Shown here piece by piece: positions 1 to 21,295 of a stretch of DNA of 64,000 nt. Location of the stretch: positions 17,598,357-17,662,356 of the forward strand of contig OZ316892.1 of assembly GCA_973895155.1 (NCBI GenBank), written 5' to 3'. Below the pieces are notes generated by a model. That model saw only the letters and a list, made by a program, of their open reading frames with translations. It did not search any database and was not told where the DNA came from. This DNA comes from Marsupella aquatica. Taxonomy: Eukaryota; Plantae; Marchantiophyta. Each line of letters opens with the position of its first letter. Position 1 is the first letter of the stretch. The position numbers and the translations under genes were made by a program.

Positions 1-139
1 CATGCCAAGGCTCATGCTTTGCTTCTCATTGAAGTCACTCTACATCGCCAGTGCAACCTTTTTCCCATTTTTGGCAAAAGCTCACCAGAGTTTTGAGTCA
101 CGTTACAGGGCCTGATAGGCACAATCTGATGGCTCTCCT

Positions 140-810
140 TGCATCTAGGGAGATCTAACTGTCAATTTAGAAAATCTAGAAAATTTCAATAGAGAATATC
201 TAGCATCTCCTCCTACACACAAGATAACATTGGCCACCCTTGCAAATCAAAGAAAAACCTTTTAAATTCCCGTGATATTTGGATGTAAACCTAAGCTAGG
301 TGTAATGTAATACTAATGTACTCAAACATGAAACAGCTAAAGTAAGGAGTCTCAGTCAATCTTGGCAAAGTCCACATTCTGCCTGCACTTCAAAGACAAG
401 CAAGAGGATGACTTCATTGTCAAGCTTTTGGGAACACAAAGACAAACAAAACTTGGCTCTAGAGGAAAGAGGCTTGGTCTAAAACTAATGGAGTTGATCA
501 TATTTGTAAAAATAAATCTAGGAAGTCTAAGTAGACAATATCCCTAGCGTCTACTTCTTCACACGAGACAACATTCACCACCCTGGAAAATGTTAACAAC
601 CTTAAAAATTACCGAGACATTTACATTTAAAGCTAAGCTAAGTGTGATGTAAAACAAGTGTACCAAAACATGAAACAGCTACAGTAGGGAGTCTCCAGTC
701 AATCTTGGCAAAGTCCATATTGTTCTCCATATTGTTCTGCATGTGACAAGCAAGAGGATGACTTCAGTGTGAAGCTTTTTGGGAACACAAAGACGAACAA
801 AGCTTGGGCT
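140..810 (+). repeat. Degenerate ~340-bp tandem duplication of a dispersed repeat
   Basis: AAACATGAAACAGCTA..GGAGTCTC..AGTCAATCTTGGCAAAGTCCA..GACAAGCAAGAGGATGACTTCA..AAGCTTTT..GGGAACACAAAGAC at ~294-460 and ~635-810; related motifs (GGGAGATCTAAC, TAGCGTCT..TTCTTC) recur at ~58550-58650. Confidence 0.7.
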
Positions 811-1244
811 CCAATTTTCAAGCCGAGTTCAAATTTACGTACTCCAATTGGTAGGAAAAAACGCGTAGTGCTCAGCGGAATATAGAGCTTCATACTCTCG
901 GAATTCTCAAAGCTCTTGGTGCGTGGTCGTTCTAAGGCTTGTAAGGTTATTCTCTACAAGCAGATCTGGACTTCGGCTTTGAGGAGGGGGACACATTATT
1001 TTGGCGTTGAAGACTGAAGCCACTGCTCGCGCGACAGGAGTGATTTCATGGTTTCGAAGGAACAGGAAACAGAAAGTACATAATTCAGAGGCGCGGTAGA
1101 AAGAGAATTGGAGAAAGACCTGAATATTTCGAGGCCGGTTTTCGCAATCAGGAGAGAAGAGAAGGATATTATTTAACCCTGTGAGGATACGGCAGACAGA
1201 CATTTCCTGGCAGGTTTGCAGAATAGCGTCGGAACGCACGGAGA

Positions 1245-9919
<8,675 letters not shown>

Positions 9920-12900
9920 AACTTCTGGTAGATAGCCAAAATTTCAAGCAACATTTGTCATTCTACATCGGTGTACCAATAGGATAGGAAGAGCTGCGCC
10001 AGGGCTGGTAAAGCAATTAGCCTAAGCGCATCCCTAGCGATTTGCGCCTTTGCTTATTTCACCCGAACAGTCTCGTTCCCTCAGCGTTGAAATGGGCGAT
10101 TGATGATTCGCATTATGATTCGCAATTTATTTGGGGAATTTTTTTAATAGTTTGTCCGTGAGGTGGTGCACGTTTAATCCGGTAAATGCATTAGTAACCG
10201 TAGTTTGGCGTGGTAGCCATTTTGTTTTGGCTGTCGCAAAGGTTAGTTGTTGCAAGCTGAGTAGATTCGTGACCCAGGGTTTGCTACTTGATTAGGAACC
10301 CAGCCTCCTTTTCTCCTGTTCTCATCGGACTAATTTTTCACACACCTCTCACTGTTCAGTCTTCTGGCAGCAGTCCATGAAAGAAATGCTCTTAAGGCAT
10401 TAAATACAAGACTGACCCATTTAGTGAAATTGCAAGCCATTTTTCCTAAGGAAACAAAATTGGACTGAGGTAACCATGGATGGATGTCGTGGCTCTTGAG
10501 TTATTCCTAAGCAAAAGGCATTGATCGTCCAAAAATTTAGAGAAACCTTAGCTCCTCCTCTACACTCACCCAACTTTCTTGCAAGAGCTATTTCAATGCC
10601 CTCCAGCCAACACGATTGAATCAGTCTTGCAGCTAAAGAAGGGTCAGAAATTTGTTCAAGTGGAATGTTGCAGTCACCACTCTTGCATTTTGCAAACTTT
10701 GGACTGTCCGAATTTTGTGCCCAGTTTTAATTCGACTTAGCTCACAAATGTTGAAACCTGATATTTAACTATTTGCAGCCATATACCATTTATCTAACAC
10801 TAACCATTGGCCTGTGTGTTGCACAGTTGTAGTCGTGAAAGTGTCTTCATTGTGTTCATATTGTCATAAGATGGACAAATGATACCAAAGCAGGGATTTT
10901 AAACAAACTTGAGAAGAGAATGGATGCGCAAGTTTAGTGGGTGCAAATTAGCAAAACAATGTGTTCACAGTGGAATATAGTTGGCATGGAAGTTTGGTCG
11001 CAAAGGAGTTGAAATTGAAAGACTAGAAGAAATCCCACTGAGTACATGTTGTTTTCCAAGGGATGCAAAAGTTCATCATGTGTGAGGGAACCACAAAGGC
11101 AGTCATAAACCAAGTAATGCAAAAAGGGTCATAAGTTGAAGAGCTTAAACCACATGCAACTTTTCTTCATGTTCAATAAAGAACTTCATCATATAAAACA
11201 TTTTGCATCAATCTTGTTTGACCCTCTTGAACATCCAAAATTAAAACTTGAACAGTTGTAGCAGATATTGCTCCTGAAAATACAACCTACAATTGTCCAT
11301 GACTAAAAGTAGACTTTGAGAGTTGCAACCTTACAAGTTCTAAACCATGACCTTGCACCTTGTTCGTACTAGTTGCACATGTCACTCTAAGGCATGGGAA
11401 GCACTCCACTCCAAACATGTGAAGAAATGTGCATTCTAATGGCCTACATCATATTCTGTTCACTGCCCGCATAGTCAAAGGGAAAATATACATCTTACCC
11501 ACCTCACTTGCACGCGCATCTCATCTTGTACTGCAGCTTGAAGGCCATGATATTGTTCCTTGCAAAGCATCTTGTGGTTATTACACATTCAGGTTAGACA
11601 CCTCCTGAAACTGAGGTTTGAGAGGAATGGGTCCTCAATTTGAGGGTTGGTGAGAGGGAAAAAAAAGATTTCACATTCAATCACTGATTTTAGTGATTGT
11701 GAGAGGAAATAAATAAGGTTGATTTCATGGCTAGTCATTCACCCCTAAGCACACTCCCAATTACTCCTTTAAAATAGAATCCAAGGTCCCTATCAAACTG
11801 CTAATCTTGCAATGCTTACAATTGTTTCACAGTCTTAACTTCCCCATCACTACATAGTTCTAATAAGTCGTCATCCTAAATGCGACTTAACCAAACCTAC
11901 ATTCATAAAGTAGTTTGGAAAGCTTTATCATAGCACTTTAAATTGGTCTGCCATGCTAGGCCCAAAATGCTCGAGAATCTATTACGATATGGTAAAATTA
12001 AATTACCAAGTGAAGTAATTACAAATTGATTTTGTACCCTCCTTCCTCGTGGAGGCCATTTCTGCGGATCCAAACATTTAGGTCAGGTCCTCCATTTTGG
12101 GGCTTAGAAAAAGATGTCGTCCAAATATGCTTGTTGGTATTCCTCAGGGGTTTAATTTAGTTTATATATCAAGATACCAGGTGCAATCATAGTCTAATAT
12201 AGATACTCCTATTTTATTAAAAACAATTCTCCTATACAATACTAGTGGCCTTTTTAATTTACAAAAGGAATATATTAGAGAATATTCTATAGATTTGAGG
12301 TTGGAATATCTCATTTTACCTACTACTCTTCTTAAAAATTTAGCTAATTTCATCAAAATGTTTAGTTTGGATCACATGTGGTTACAATTTTCAGTAGTCA
12401 ATCCCCTAGTGGCATTCAATGTGAAAATGGAGGGGTCTTCCCTTGCATTTGCATAATTATTGCCTGGAATCTCAAAACTCCTTGACTCATCTATGTCAAA
12501 CTACCACTCTATGAGATGTATTGGATGTCAATCTCATCAACTATATTATTACTATCCTGCCAAAATGTTGTAAGAAACTGTCGGTTGAAACTAGATAGCA
12601 AATGCAGAACATGAGAATACACTCAGTCATACACTACACTAACAAGACACCACCCATGAAGAAACTTCTGAATGATCCATATAGCATATGAGACTACATG
12701 TGAAGAATGAGAGAGAGAGAATGTTGGGGAGACCGCTCTTCCTCCAACCTATACTCCCAAGGGGGACTAGGATATGTGGGCCTAAGTCAAGTGCATCTTA
12801 TCATAATCTAATAAAGGGTTAAGTAACCCCAATAAGGCCAAACTAAACTCAAATCAATTCCTAGCAAATAGTTCATCTTACGTTTTACAAACTAGCTTTG

Positions 12901-13979
12901 GAGGGTATCTAAGAGAGCCTTAAGATTTCTTTTATTAGTATCTTGGGCTATGGGATTATCTGAAAATGGGGGAGGCTATCAACTAAAGCAAATGTATAGC
13001 AATACTAAAGTGTAGGGAGTACAATTCATATGACTCCATCTAATAGAGTGGTACTGTGTAGTTATTAGATTCATATAAATACATCTAATAGGGTGATACA
13101 GGGCAAGCTATGTAGGTACAGTCTACACTCAATCATACAGGTACTCTCAATCACCAATGGGTATGACTCATATGGAGAGGAAACACCGATGACCAAGGCC
13201 GTATATTTTTCCATTTTGGAAAGGTTTTACCTTTTCCATTTAATTTTTTTGAGGAACCATTTTGGGACGTTTGTTGATATTTTAGATGTTCCCAGGCTAG
13301 ATCTGTTTTTTGTTGGTTTCTGTGTGGTGAGTCTTTTCTTCCTTTCGGGGAAGAGACAAAGAAGTTTTTTCCTCAACGCAAATTTCCATCCATTAAACAT
13401 CAATATCTTCTGTGCAACATCTTTTTTATCACAAACTTCTTTTATGCAATAAAACCGTAAATGCAGCAACCCTTTGTGTGAAATGATCTCTTTGTAGTAA
13501 CAACTTCTTTTCATTTGCAATATCTTTGCACAATGACATTAATTCTGTAATGACATCTTTTGCACAACCAGATCATTTTCAGAATATATATTTTATGCAT
13601 TGACATTTTTACATGACAACATTTTTTGTCCTAACACATGGATATTGAGCTAGTACCACATCGATGAAACCTGCAAGCCAGGACCATCTAACAATCAAAC
13701 CCCTTTACATAAATGGAAACCTACAGGTGGGGAGCACCTAAGAGTGAAACCCATGGGGTTGTAATAGGGTGTCTCAAACTTTGAGTTGCTGCTTCCGGTT
13801 GCAGTCAGAGACAGAATCCCGGGAATAAAGTGGCGGACACGAAAATCCGTGTCCGCCCACTGCTGAACCGTGACCAAAACTACTAGTTCCGGGCCTCTCT
13901 TTTTTTCCGCAACTCCAAGGATTGATTTAGACGCCCTAATATATGAGTTTGGAAATGTCGACCTGAATTACAGCAGGCA

Positions 13980-14075
13980 GAAGTGCCTCCTGTTAAAGGG
14001 ACGAGGGGCACTGATCACATGAGGGAGGAAGTGCCTCCTGTTAAAGGGACGAGGGGCACCGGTCACATGAGGGAG
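13980..14075 (+). repeat. 48-bp tandem duplication
   Basis: GAAGTGCCTCCTGTTAAAGGGACGAGGGGCAC..TCACATGAGGGAG at 13980 and 14028. Confidence 0.9.
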
Positions 14076-14688
14076 GGAAGCAGGGAGGGAGGCAAGGCGT
14101 AGCAGCTGCCATGATGGGCACGGTCGAGAAGCCCCGGTGTGTGACTTCCTAGGGCAGGCCTGCCACTGGGAAGGCCTTTCAGGAAATCAGACGGTGAGGG
14201 AAAATATGTCGTAACTCGAACTCTCAGATTGCTTTTTGTAAAAAGACCATGGGGACGAGGCGGGACCTCGTATTACTAGTGTTTAGATTGCCTGTGATAC
14301 ACTTAGAGAAATCACAGCATATGTGACAATCGTAGATTTGAACCGAAAAATATAGTGTAAAAGTTCTAGACAATGAGCCTGAAGTGCAAGAATGATTTTC
14401 TCTGGCCTCAGCTGTAAGCAGTTCCCTGTAAATTGCACATGCCAATCGAAGTTGTTATCTACGACTCTAACAAAATTGCAAGGCAAAGCCGACTTCTTCA
14501 GCTCCTCCCTGTTATTCAACCACTCTGATTCACACTTTTCCACTGATTCTATGGGAAATCAATCTCTAGTTCATGCTTCTTGCTCGAACACTTACTTCTG
14601 CACTCTAATAATTCGCTACTCATAAGACTCCTCGTGCTTTGCATCGGAAGACAATCCTGAAATAAATGCTGAAAAAATAACTAGATAC

Positions 14689-16546
14689 TTAGGATTTTGT
14701 TGATCGATTGTTCTTTTCCTCAATTCCAGACTTCGAAAATCGACCTCTTAGAACTTCCAGCACTTCTTGGACCTTCACGTCTTGGACTGCTAGCAGAACC
14801 ATAGTGTGGTATAGCAGATCTGCCATCTCTGAAACAGTTCGCTCCCTACCTTCGTTGTCCTGAACTGTTCTGCACAACTCATCTGCCTCTTCCCTGTATA
14901 TCATCACGTCCACCGCATTAAAAGGGCAGTATCAACCCTACCTACTCTACACTGGTTGGCAGCTAACGAAGCTAAAAGCTGAAAAAATATTCTTCGCATC
15001 TTGCTCGTGAGGATCCAATCAATTCGACTAAAAATCCACTGGACTTTGCACGAGGGGGCACCTTATTTTGGAGCACAGAAGTTCTGGATTTCCGACAAGC
15101 TTCTTTGTCCAAGAAGGTTTCGCAGATACCTCAGCTTTCCTTTGAGCAATAGTGGCCTCCAGTGAATACAAAGTTGTAAGGGCCTGCTTCAAAAGGGAAG
15201 TCAGTACATAACGGTTGACATTCTTTCACCCTTTCTAGAATTCGCCATCAATCCGTCATTTGCAAGCTAGCAGTGAGCTCTTTTATCCTAGTCTGACAGA
15301 GGGTGTCGAAATAGAGAGTGTGGCACAAGGACCGAACCTGAGAGCTGCTGGTTTCAAAATCAGCAGCGGATGTATAATAACATGTCTCGGCACCAGTGTG
15401 GCAAGTTGGCCCATCAGGACTTCCCAAATAAATAATCTGATACGTAAAACTGCAAATCAAGTCATGCTTCAAAACTAGACCCACAGACAAGTTTCGAGAG
15501 TTTTCTTCCTAGAATGAGCCACAAACGGAAATAGCGTACACAGTACCGATTATCAAAATCATATGTATCGAATCTAGTTCTATCAGGGCATTCATATTTT
15601 GAAAATGTAAACTATGCACTATTTGGAGCAACTTCTAAGAGTGGTAGCAAGATTCCTTGTCGAGTCAACTCTGTATACAGTCTTTCTGGCAAACTTGAAT
15701 ATATGACAATGGCAATCATCTTTCCATGCTAAGTATGCAAAACGGATAAAGATGGCAGGCATGCCATGTCTTCGTAGAAGAAAACATACCGAGTCCCGGT
15801 CGCAGTCTAGGTAGACATCCACCACGTTGATAAAGTTTCTGGATGATTCTCCTTTCGTCCAGAGAGACGAACGGCTGCGGCTGAAGAAGGTGGCATAGTT
15901 TGAGGCGATTGTCGCTGCAATAGCCTCCCGGTTGGCGAAACCCTGCATGAGGATGGCGCCAGTGTCGACGTGCTGCGCTATAGCAACCACTAACCCTTTA
16001 CTGTCCCATTTGATCGTTTCCAACAGTTTCTCCACCTAAATGGATGCACATGGGGGAGAGCAAGGACATGATGAGCCTTACGAAACGTCCAACTCTTACG
16101 ATTAGTTGCAACTTAGGGTTTAGAGATATGGCTTTCAATGGCGGTTAATTGTCGATGAGTTGATATACCACCATCTGGAGGTTTACAACCTACTTGTTAC
16201 TCAAATGCCATTCATTATTCGACTGAAAGTCAGCTGTGGCGCACGGGATCCAAACCTCAGGTGTGTACACAGGTTCTGCCCTCGCAAGTGCCGCAGTCAC
16301 GATAATAGACGACGCATTTGAAGTATGCCGTCGAATTGTACGATACCGCAGCAAAGACGAAGATGACGATGACGAAGGACGAGGGCGAAACCTCTGCCGG
16401 CGCTGAAGGAAAAATTGGGGCAGATGGCGATCCGAAATCGGACACGAGCTGCATTTTCTACTGCACGAACGGATGCCCTCCGTGTTTGCAGAGGAGGCAA
16501 ATGCAGCAGCAGGGGTTAAACCCTGCCGCGCCGAAAAAATCGACAT
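14689..16546 (-). CDS. HISN2: Plastid bifunctional phosphoribosyl-AMP cyclohydrolase / phosphoribosyl-ATP pyrophosphohydrolase (hisIE), ~320 aa
   Basis: Exons 16546-16256, 16035-15790, 15436-15338, 15183-15062, 14893-14689, all GT-AG (963 nt). HisI motifs SRSRSSLWTKGES, DCDRDS, CHTG; HisE motifs KIREEADEL, EMADLLYH; Ser/Arg-rich N-terminus resembling a transit peptide. Confidence 0.95.
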
Positions 16547-16577
16547 GAGAGTAGGATTCGGTGCCTTCAAGACCCGA

Positions 16578-17016
16578 TTCAATTGCAAAGTCCAAAGAGA
16601 AGACCCGAGTTGAAAAAACAGATCGGAAGAAAGGTAAGGACTAGAGAGTGCTCCAACACTCCACAACACAAGGGAAACCAAGCACAGAGAGTGAACGAAT
16701 ATTCAATTGCAAACTCCAAAGGGAGGACCCGGGTTTGACGAAAGAGATCGGAAGAAACGTTTCGACTACACAGTGCTCCAGCACTCGTCAACAGCAGAGA
16801 AGCAACCACACAGACTTACTGAAAATTCAATTGCAAACTCCAAAGGGGAGACCCGTATCCCCTGTTTCGGTCCTCGATTGCAAACTCCAAAGGGAAGGCC
16901 CGTATCCCCTGTTTCGGTCCTCGATTGCAAACTCCAAAGGGAAGGCCCGTATCCCCTGTTTCGGTCCTCAATTGCAAAGCCCAAAGGGAAGACCCGCATC
17001 CCCTGATTTCAGTCCT
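16578..17016 (+). repeat. Compound tandem repeat upstream of HISN2: two ~125-bp units then four 47-bp units
   Basis: All units start ATTGCAAA(C/G)(T/C)CCAAAG; 47-bp unit TTGCAAACTCCAAAGGGAAGGCCCGTATCCCCTGTTTCGGTCCTCGA at 16831, 16878, 16925, 16972; a further long-unit copy at ~18175-18320. Confidence 0.9.
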
Positions 17017-19251
17017 CCCCTTATTCTTAATTCAACAGAGGGTGTCCATTAGGGCGTCTATGAGTGGTCTCACATCGAATGCTATTCTGTTTAGTGTGAA
17101 ATTGGGGCCTTTTATGGTCCCGGGCGTGACTAGTTGGTTCTCATAATCGGTGCCCGACCAGTCATGATTGTTGTCCCAAACCACAACATGCCCAGGCGCA
17201 ATCAAATTAGAAAAATGGACGTATTAGAGACGCCCTATTGCAGTTGTCAATCATCCAATCTTCAAGGGGAGACCCTTTCTTAATTGAACAGAGGGTGTCC
17301 ATTCAGTTGCCGGTCATCCAATCTTCAAGGGGAGACCCTTATTTATCCCCTGTTTCGGCCCTCACGTCTTATTAGACAGAGGGTGTTCATTACTTTTTCA
17401 GGAGCTTCACTGTGCACCAGTGCCTATTACACCTCAATCCTTGGAAGGGTGTTCCAAAACAACTTTATTGTCCATGTGACGGGTATGTTTGGACTTTCTC
17501 CACAATAATAAAATGCAGAGCATGAACCAGAAAATCATAGTAGACAGGTCCAAACAAAACAATTAAACGACAGTGGGTAGTGATATAAACTCTGATCTCA
17601 TCCAAAACTAATTGCTCCCAAAACGGACTTAATAACCAAAGCCTTGGAACTTGGATACACGAGAGGTATTCCAAGGCTCTATTCCATGGTATAGAGCCTG
17701 TGGTGGTTTAAGAGGGGTGGTCAGCCAAGCTTCTGTAAACGGAGGGGGTACATTGTGCATGGAATGTGGGGGGAAGTCTTAGACACTTCCCCCTTCTACA
17801 GAGCCAATGGTGTTTTAAGAGGGCCGGTCATCCAAGCTTTCGTAAACAGAGGAGCGTACATTGGCTTCAGAGGACTCAAGCTTTCACTATTCATAGTAGT
17901 GCTGAGGTTGTAGGTTTTAGGGACATTAGAAAGATTCCTTTGCATGACTTCCTATGTGGTTACTCCGGAGCTCTACCAGGCTTTTCAGTTTTCTCTTGAG
18001 TAGGTTTTAGTCTTCTGTGTTCCTTAGTGAGCTTTTTGTTTGTTTGAGGTTACTGGGGACTTTGGGCTTGTGGGCCCTCTTTGGTCTTTTTTGGGATCTT
18101 TCCTGTTTCCTCTTTCCCCCCTTCATTGGATGTTTTGCCTTCGGAATCCTGTCTCCTAGGCAGTGTGATATATATGAGTTTGAAGAAAGAGATGGGAAGA
18201 AATGTATGGACTACACAATGCTCCAACACTCCACAACACAAGCAAAGCAGAGGACAAAGATGTATGAATATTCAGTTGCAAACTCCAAAGAGAAGACCTG
18301 AGTTTGAAGAAAGAGATTAAGTGCAGGAAATTACACACTTAGTCTCTCTGAGCAGTCAAGTGTCTAAGACTTCCCCCTTGACTTTTCAATGGGTACATTA
18401 GTGAGTGGCCGAGTCCACTCAGACATGGAGTACAGTGTAGACGTCTGTGCCTAAATGCACACTTGATCGGTGAAAACCCTGGCTAATTGCCAATCTTGCA
18501 ACCCTTCTTCCCTTTGCTCAGTGGGTTTACACTTTGTAAGTGCAATGAGATCTCCACTAAAGGACAAATATCAAAATTATCTATACCTGAATTCTATCTT
18601 GTCATTAAGATATGTATAATCATAGAAATCTTCTTCACAAAAGGTTTATAAGACTAGTCCAAATGCCCATGCGTATGCCAAAAGGCTCATGCCCTCCCCT
18701 TCTCACTAGCATAGTCTGAATACCTGCCTGAATATATTAAAATTCTTTCACCAGAGCAATTTGGCCTATGGTGTCACTCAAGTAATTCACAGCTGCCAAT
18801 TAAAAGGACCTTATGGCCTATGGTTTCACTCAAATAAATCACAGCTGCCAGTATAAAAGGACAACTAGCCCTACCTAATCACTGTTCACTCATGCTGAAG
18901 GGAACACTACCCACCTTCCCTACTCCAAGCTGAGAGTGTTCTCCATGCCCTACCTCACTTACTGCCCGTCCATTTCCAGCTAATGATAACATAGGGATTG
19001 TTTCTGCAAATTTCTCACAAAATATGATTTATATTTGGAATCCCTTTTTATCTGGTTGTAGATCTTGTCGGGATCTACAAGACCTACATTTGGAGCCATA
19101 TAATGACCCTATGATAAACAGATGAGATGACAACAATGGCTGAAAATTACCAAATTTGCCCAAACAAAACACTCCATGTTCTTGATTGTACATGACTGTG
19201 CAGCATATACAATGAGGCTACAAGCAACTAACAATTAAAATACAGGCAACT

Positions 19252-19595
19252 TGTTGAGCATAGACGACATTCGTAACAGCAAGCCCATGAACCATCCAAC
19301 GCACAAGAGTCGACACAGAGAGATACGTGGTTCACCTCCACATGAGGCTACGTCCACGGGAACACACAAGAGCTTTACTGCACTCTAGGCCGACCGGCCA
19401 TACCAAGCATCCACAGCACAAGCTCTCTCTATCTCTCAACTAGCTCCGTAACAATGAGCCTAAGTTCCACCAGGGTCTGGCATCAACCCTGACTATATAT
19501 ACAATAGCACTACCGCTAACATTAGCTAAGTCCTAACCCAAGTTAGCCTAACTGTAGTTAGCTCATGAGTCACAAGACTAGAGCAATATCTAACA
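19252..19595 (-). mobile_element. Solo LTR (344 bp, probably Ty1/copia) with 5-bp TSD
   Basis: TGTTG...TAACA termini flanked by identical CAACT (19247-19251, 19596-19600); internal TATA-like TATATATAG on the minus strand and GGACGTAG..GGTGAACCACGTATCT motif typical of copia LTR 3' parts. Confidence 0.85.
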
Positions 19596-20213
19596 CAACT
19601 GTGGTTTAAACCTATGTGTCTCATTGCTCAGCATGAGAGAGAGTTAAGCAAGTTGGAGATAGTAACACCCTGGTAACAGAGAATCATGGGCTATAGCACT
19701 CTGAGAAACAAGGGCCTTGATGCTCTAAGAACAAGGGGTCTGGTCATTTCTTGAGGGGCCATTATTGCCCACCATGCCCTTGTAACAGGGGAATGCACTT
19801 AAAGGCCTAAGAGATTTCTTCTTTTCACTAATTTTTGTAAAAGTAGATGAGAAGGTTTATAATTCCTACATCCAACAGCGGACTGTGCATTGTTCTCTAC
19901 AACGCACCAACAATTACAAAGAGATAAATCATGAAGTGCATTGTGTATAGTAATGCCCTGTTTCGATGGCATTGTGGGCTATTATTGATCATTATGCCCA
20001 AATGATGTGGAGACAATACACTCTATTTCCCCTGGAAGATAAACAGACCTACTATTCTTCATTGTGTTATTCCTTTTTCACACTTCAAAACAAACACAAA
20101 TTTCAGATATTGCTTTCTTTACCAAATATATAGACAAGTAGAGGATGACTTAATTTACCAAAGCAAGAGACAAGTAGAGGAAATATTTCAAAACTCCCTT
20201 GCACTGCCTGCAG

Positions 20214-20410
20214 TGGGCATACTCTTCCATACAAAGTCAGAGAAATATACAAAGGGACAATGGGCACACTCTTCCATAAAAAGTTCAGAAATATACAATA
20301 ATGGGACAATGTGATGGGCACACTCTTCCATAAAAAGTCCAGAAATATACAATGGGACAATGTGATGGGTATGCTCTTCCATAATAAATTCAGAAATACA
20401 CAAAGGGACA
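20214..20410 (+). repeat. Minisatellite, 4 units of ~47-54 bp
   Basis: TGGGCACACTCTTCCATAAAAAGTTCAGAAATATACAA..GGGACAA repeated four times with indels. Confidence 0.85.
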
Positions 20411-21277
20411 TAGCTTGGGGGGGTTTGAAAATTTGAATTGCTCCACAGAGAGAGTTGAGCAAGTTGATTTGGAAATGAGTGGGTAAGAGGCAAGGCACGA
20501 GGGTAGCTCCCCCAGTTGGGATTGAAGGGTCCTCCCTTCTTTAGTGTAGGAGATTTGGAAACCTGCCAACACGGCTGTGAAGAAGTCTCGACATTAGTTT
20601 GATGAAAGTGGGAAGAAGAGTTGGAGAAATTGGGGGACGGATGCAATTTTGTTTCATGAGTGCGGCGCTGACCCAACAGAGAAGCGGAAGACTAATTGAG
20701 GGTGTGTGTGAATGAGCAGGAGAACAAACGATTTTGATGTACTGTTGAGGGGTCCATTCCATTGATTTACAAAGCTCGGAAGGCCGGACTATCCTTGGAT
20801 GCCAGAGGGAAACAATCGCCGTGAAGTAGTGCAGCATTCTCAAGCTTTTGAGCAAGTTTCTGTGCAAGAGGGAGGACGGAGGGCAAGGGTTTAAGAAAAC
20901 GAAATACTGCGCGCGAATGAAGAAGATATTGCCACAGAAGACAGAGTGTGTTGACTTTGCAAAATGTTGTGATCTTCATCATGAAGCATAGCATCTTCAG
21001 TGCAGATTTTTGGTCATGTGCTGCCAGTCAAACTGTTTGAAAGCTCAAAGTGATGGTTCGGTGTTTCTTCGATTTCTACTCCAGGAGTAGATATATGCAA
21101 GGAGCGGAGTACGGGGAGGGAAATTGAGTAGTCATTGGCTATGGAGAAGGAATGGACGCAGAGAAATGTCTCTTTGCAAATGCCAGCAGCAGCGGAATGG
21201 TGAGGAGAAATCTGCAATGTGGTGGTGAAAAATGAGCTGAAAGTGATTGGTAGTGTAGATATTCAAATCTGGAGACC

Positions 21278-21291
21278 AGGGTTTAGGGTTT
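21278..21291 (+). promoter_or_regulatory. Telo-box (AGGGTTTAGGGTTT) just before the SUV2-like ATG
   Basis: Two plant telomere-like units 5 nt upstream of ATG 21296. Confidence 0.4.
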
Positions 21292-21295
21292 AAAG

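Noticed and set aside
16579-17146. Overlapping ORFs of 70-134 aa
   Set aside because: By-products of the tandem repeats; peptides repeat across frames.
20103-20676. 131-aa and 162-aa minus-strand ORFs
   Set aside because: They run through the minisatellite and show no recognisable domain.
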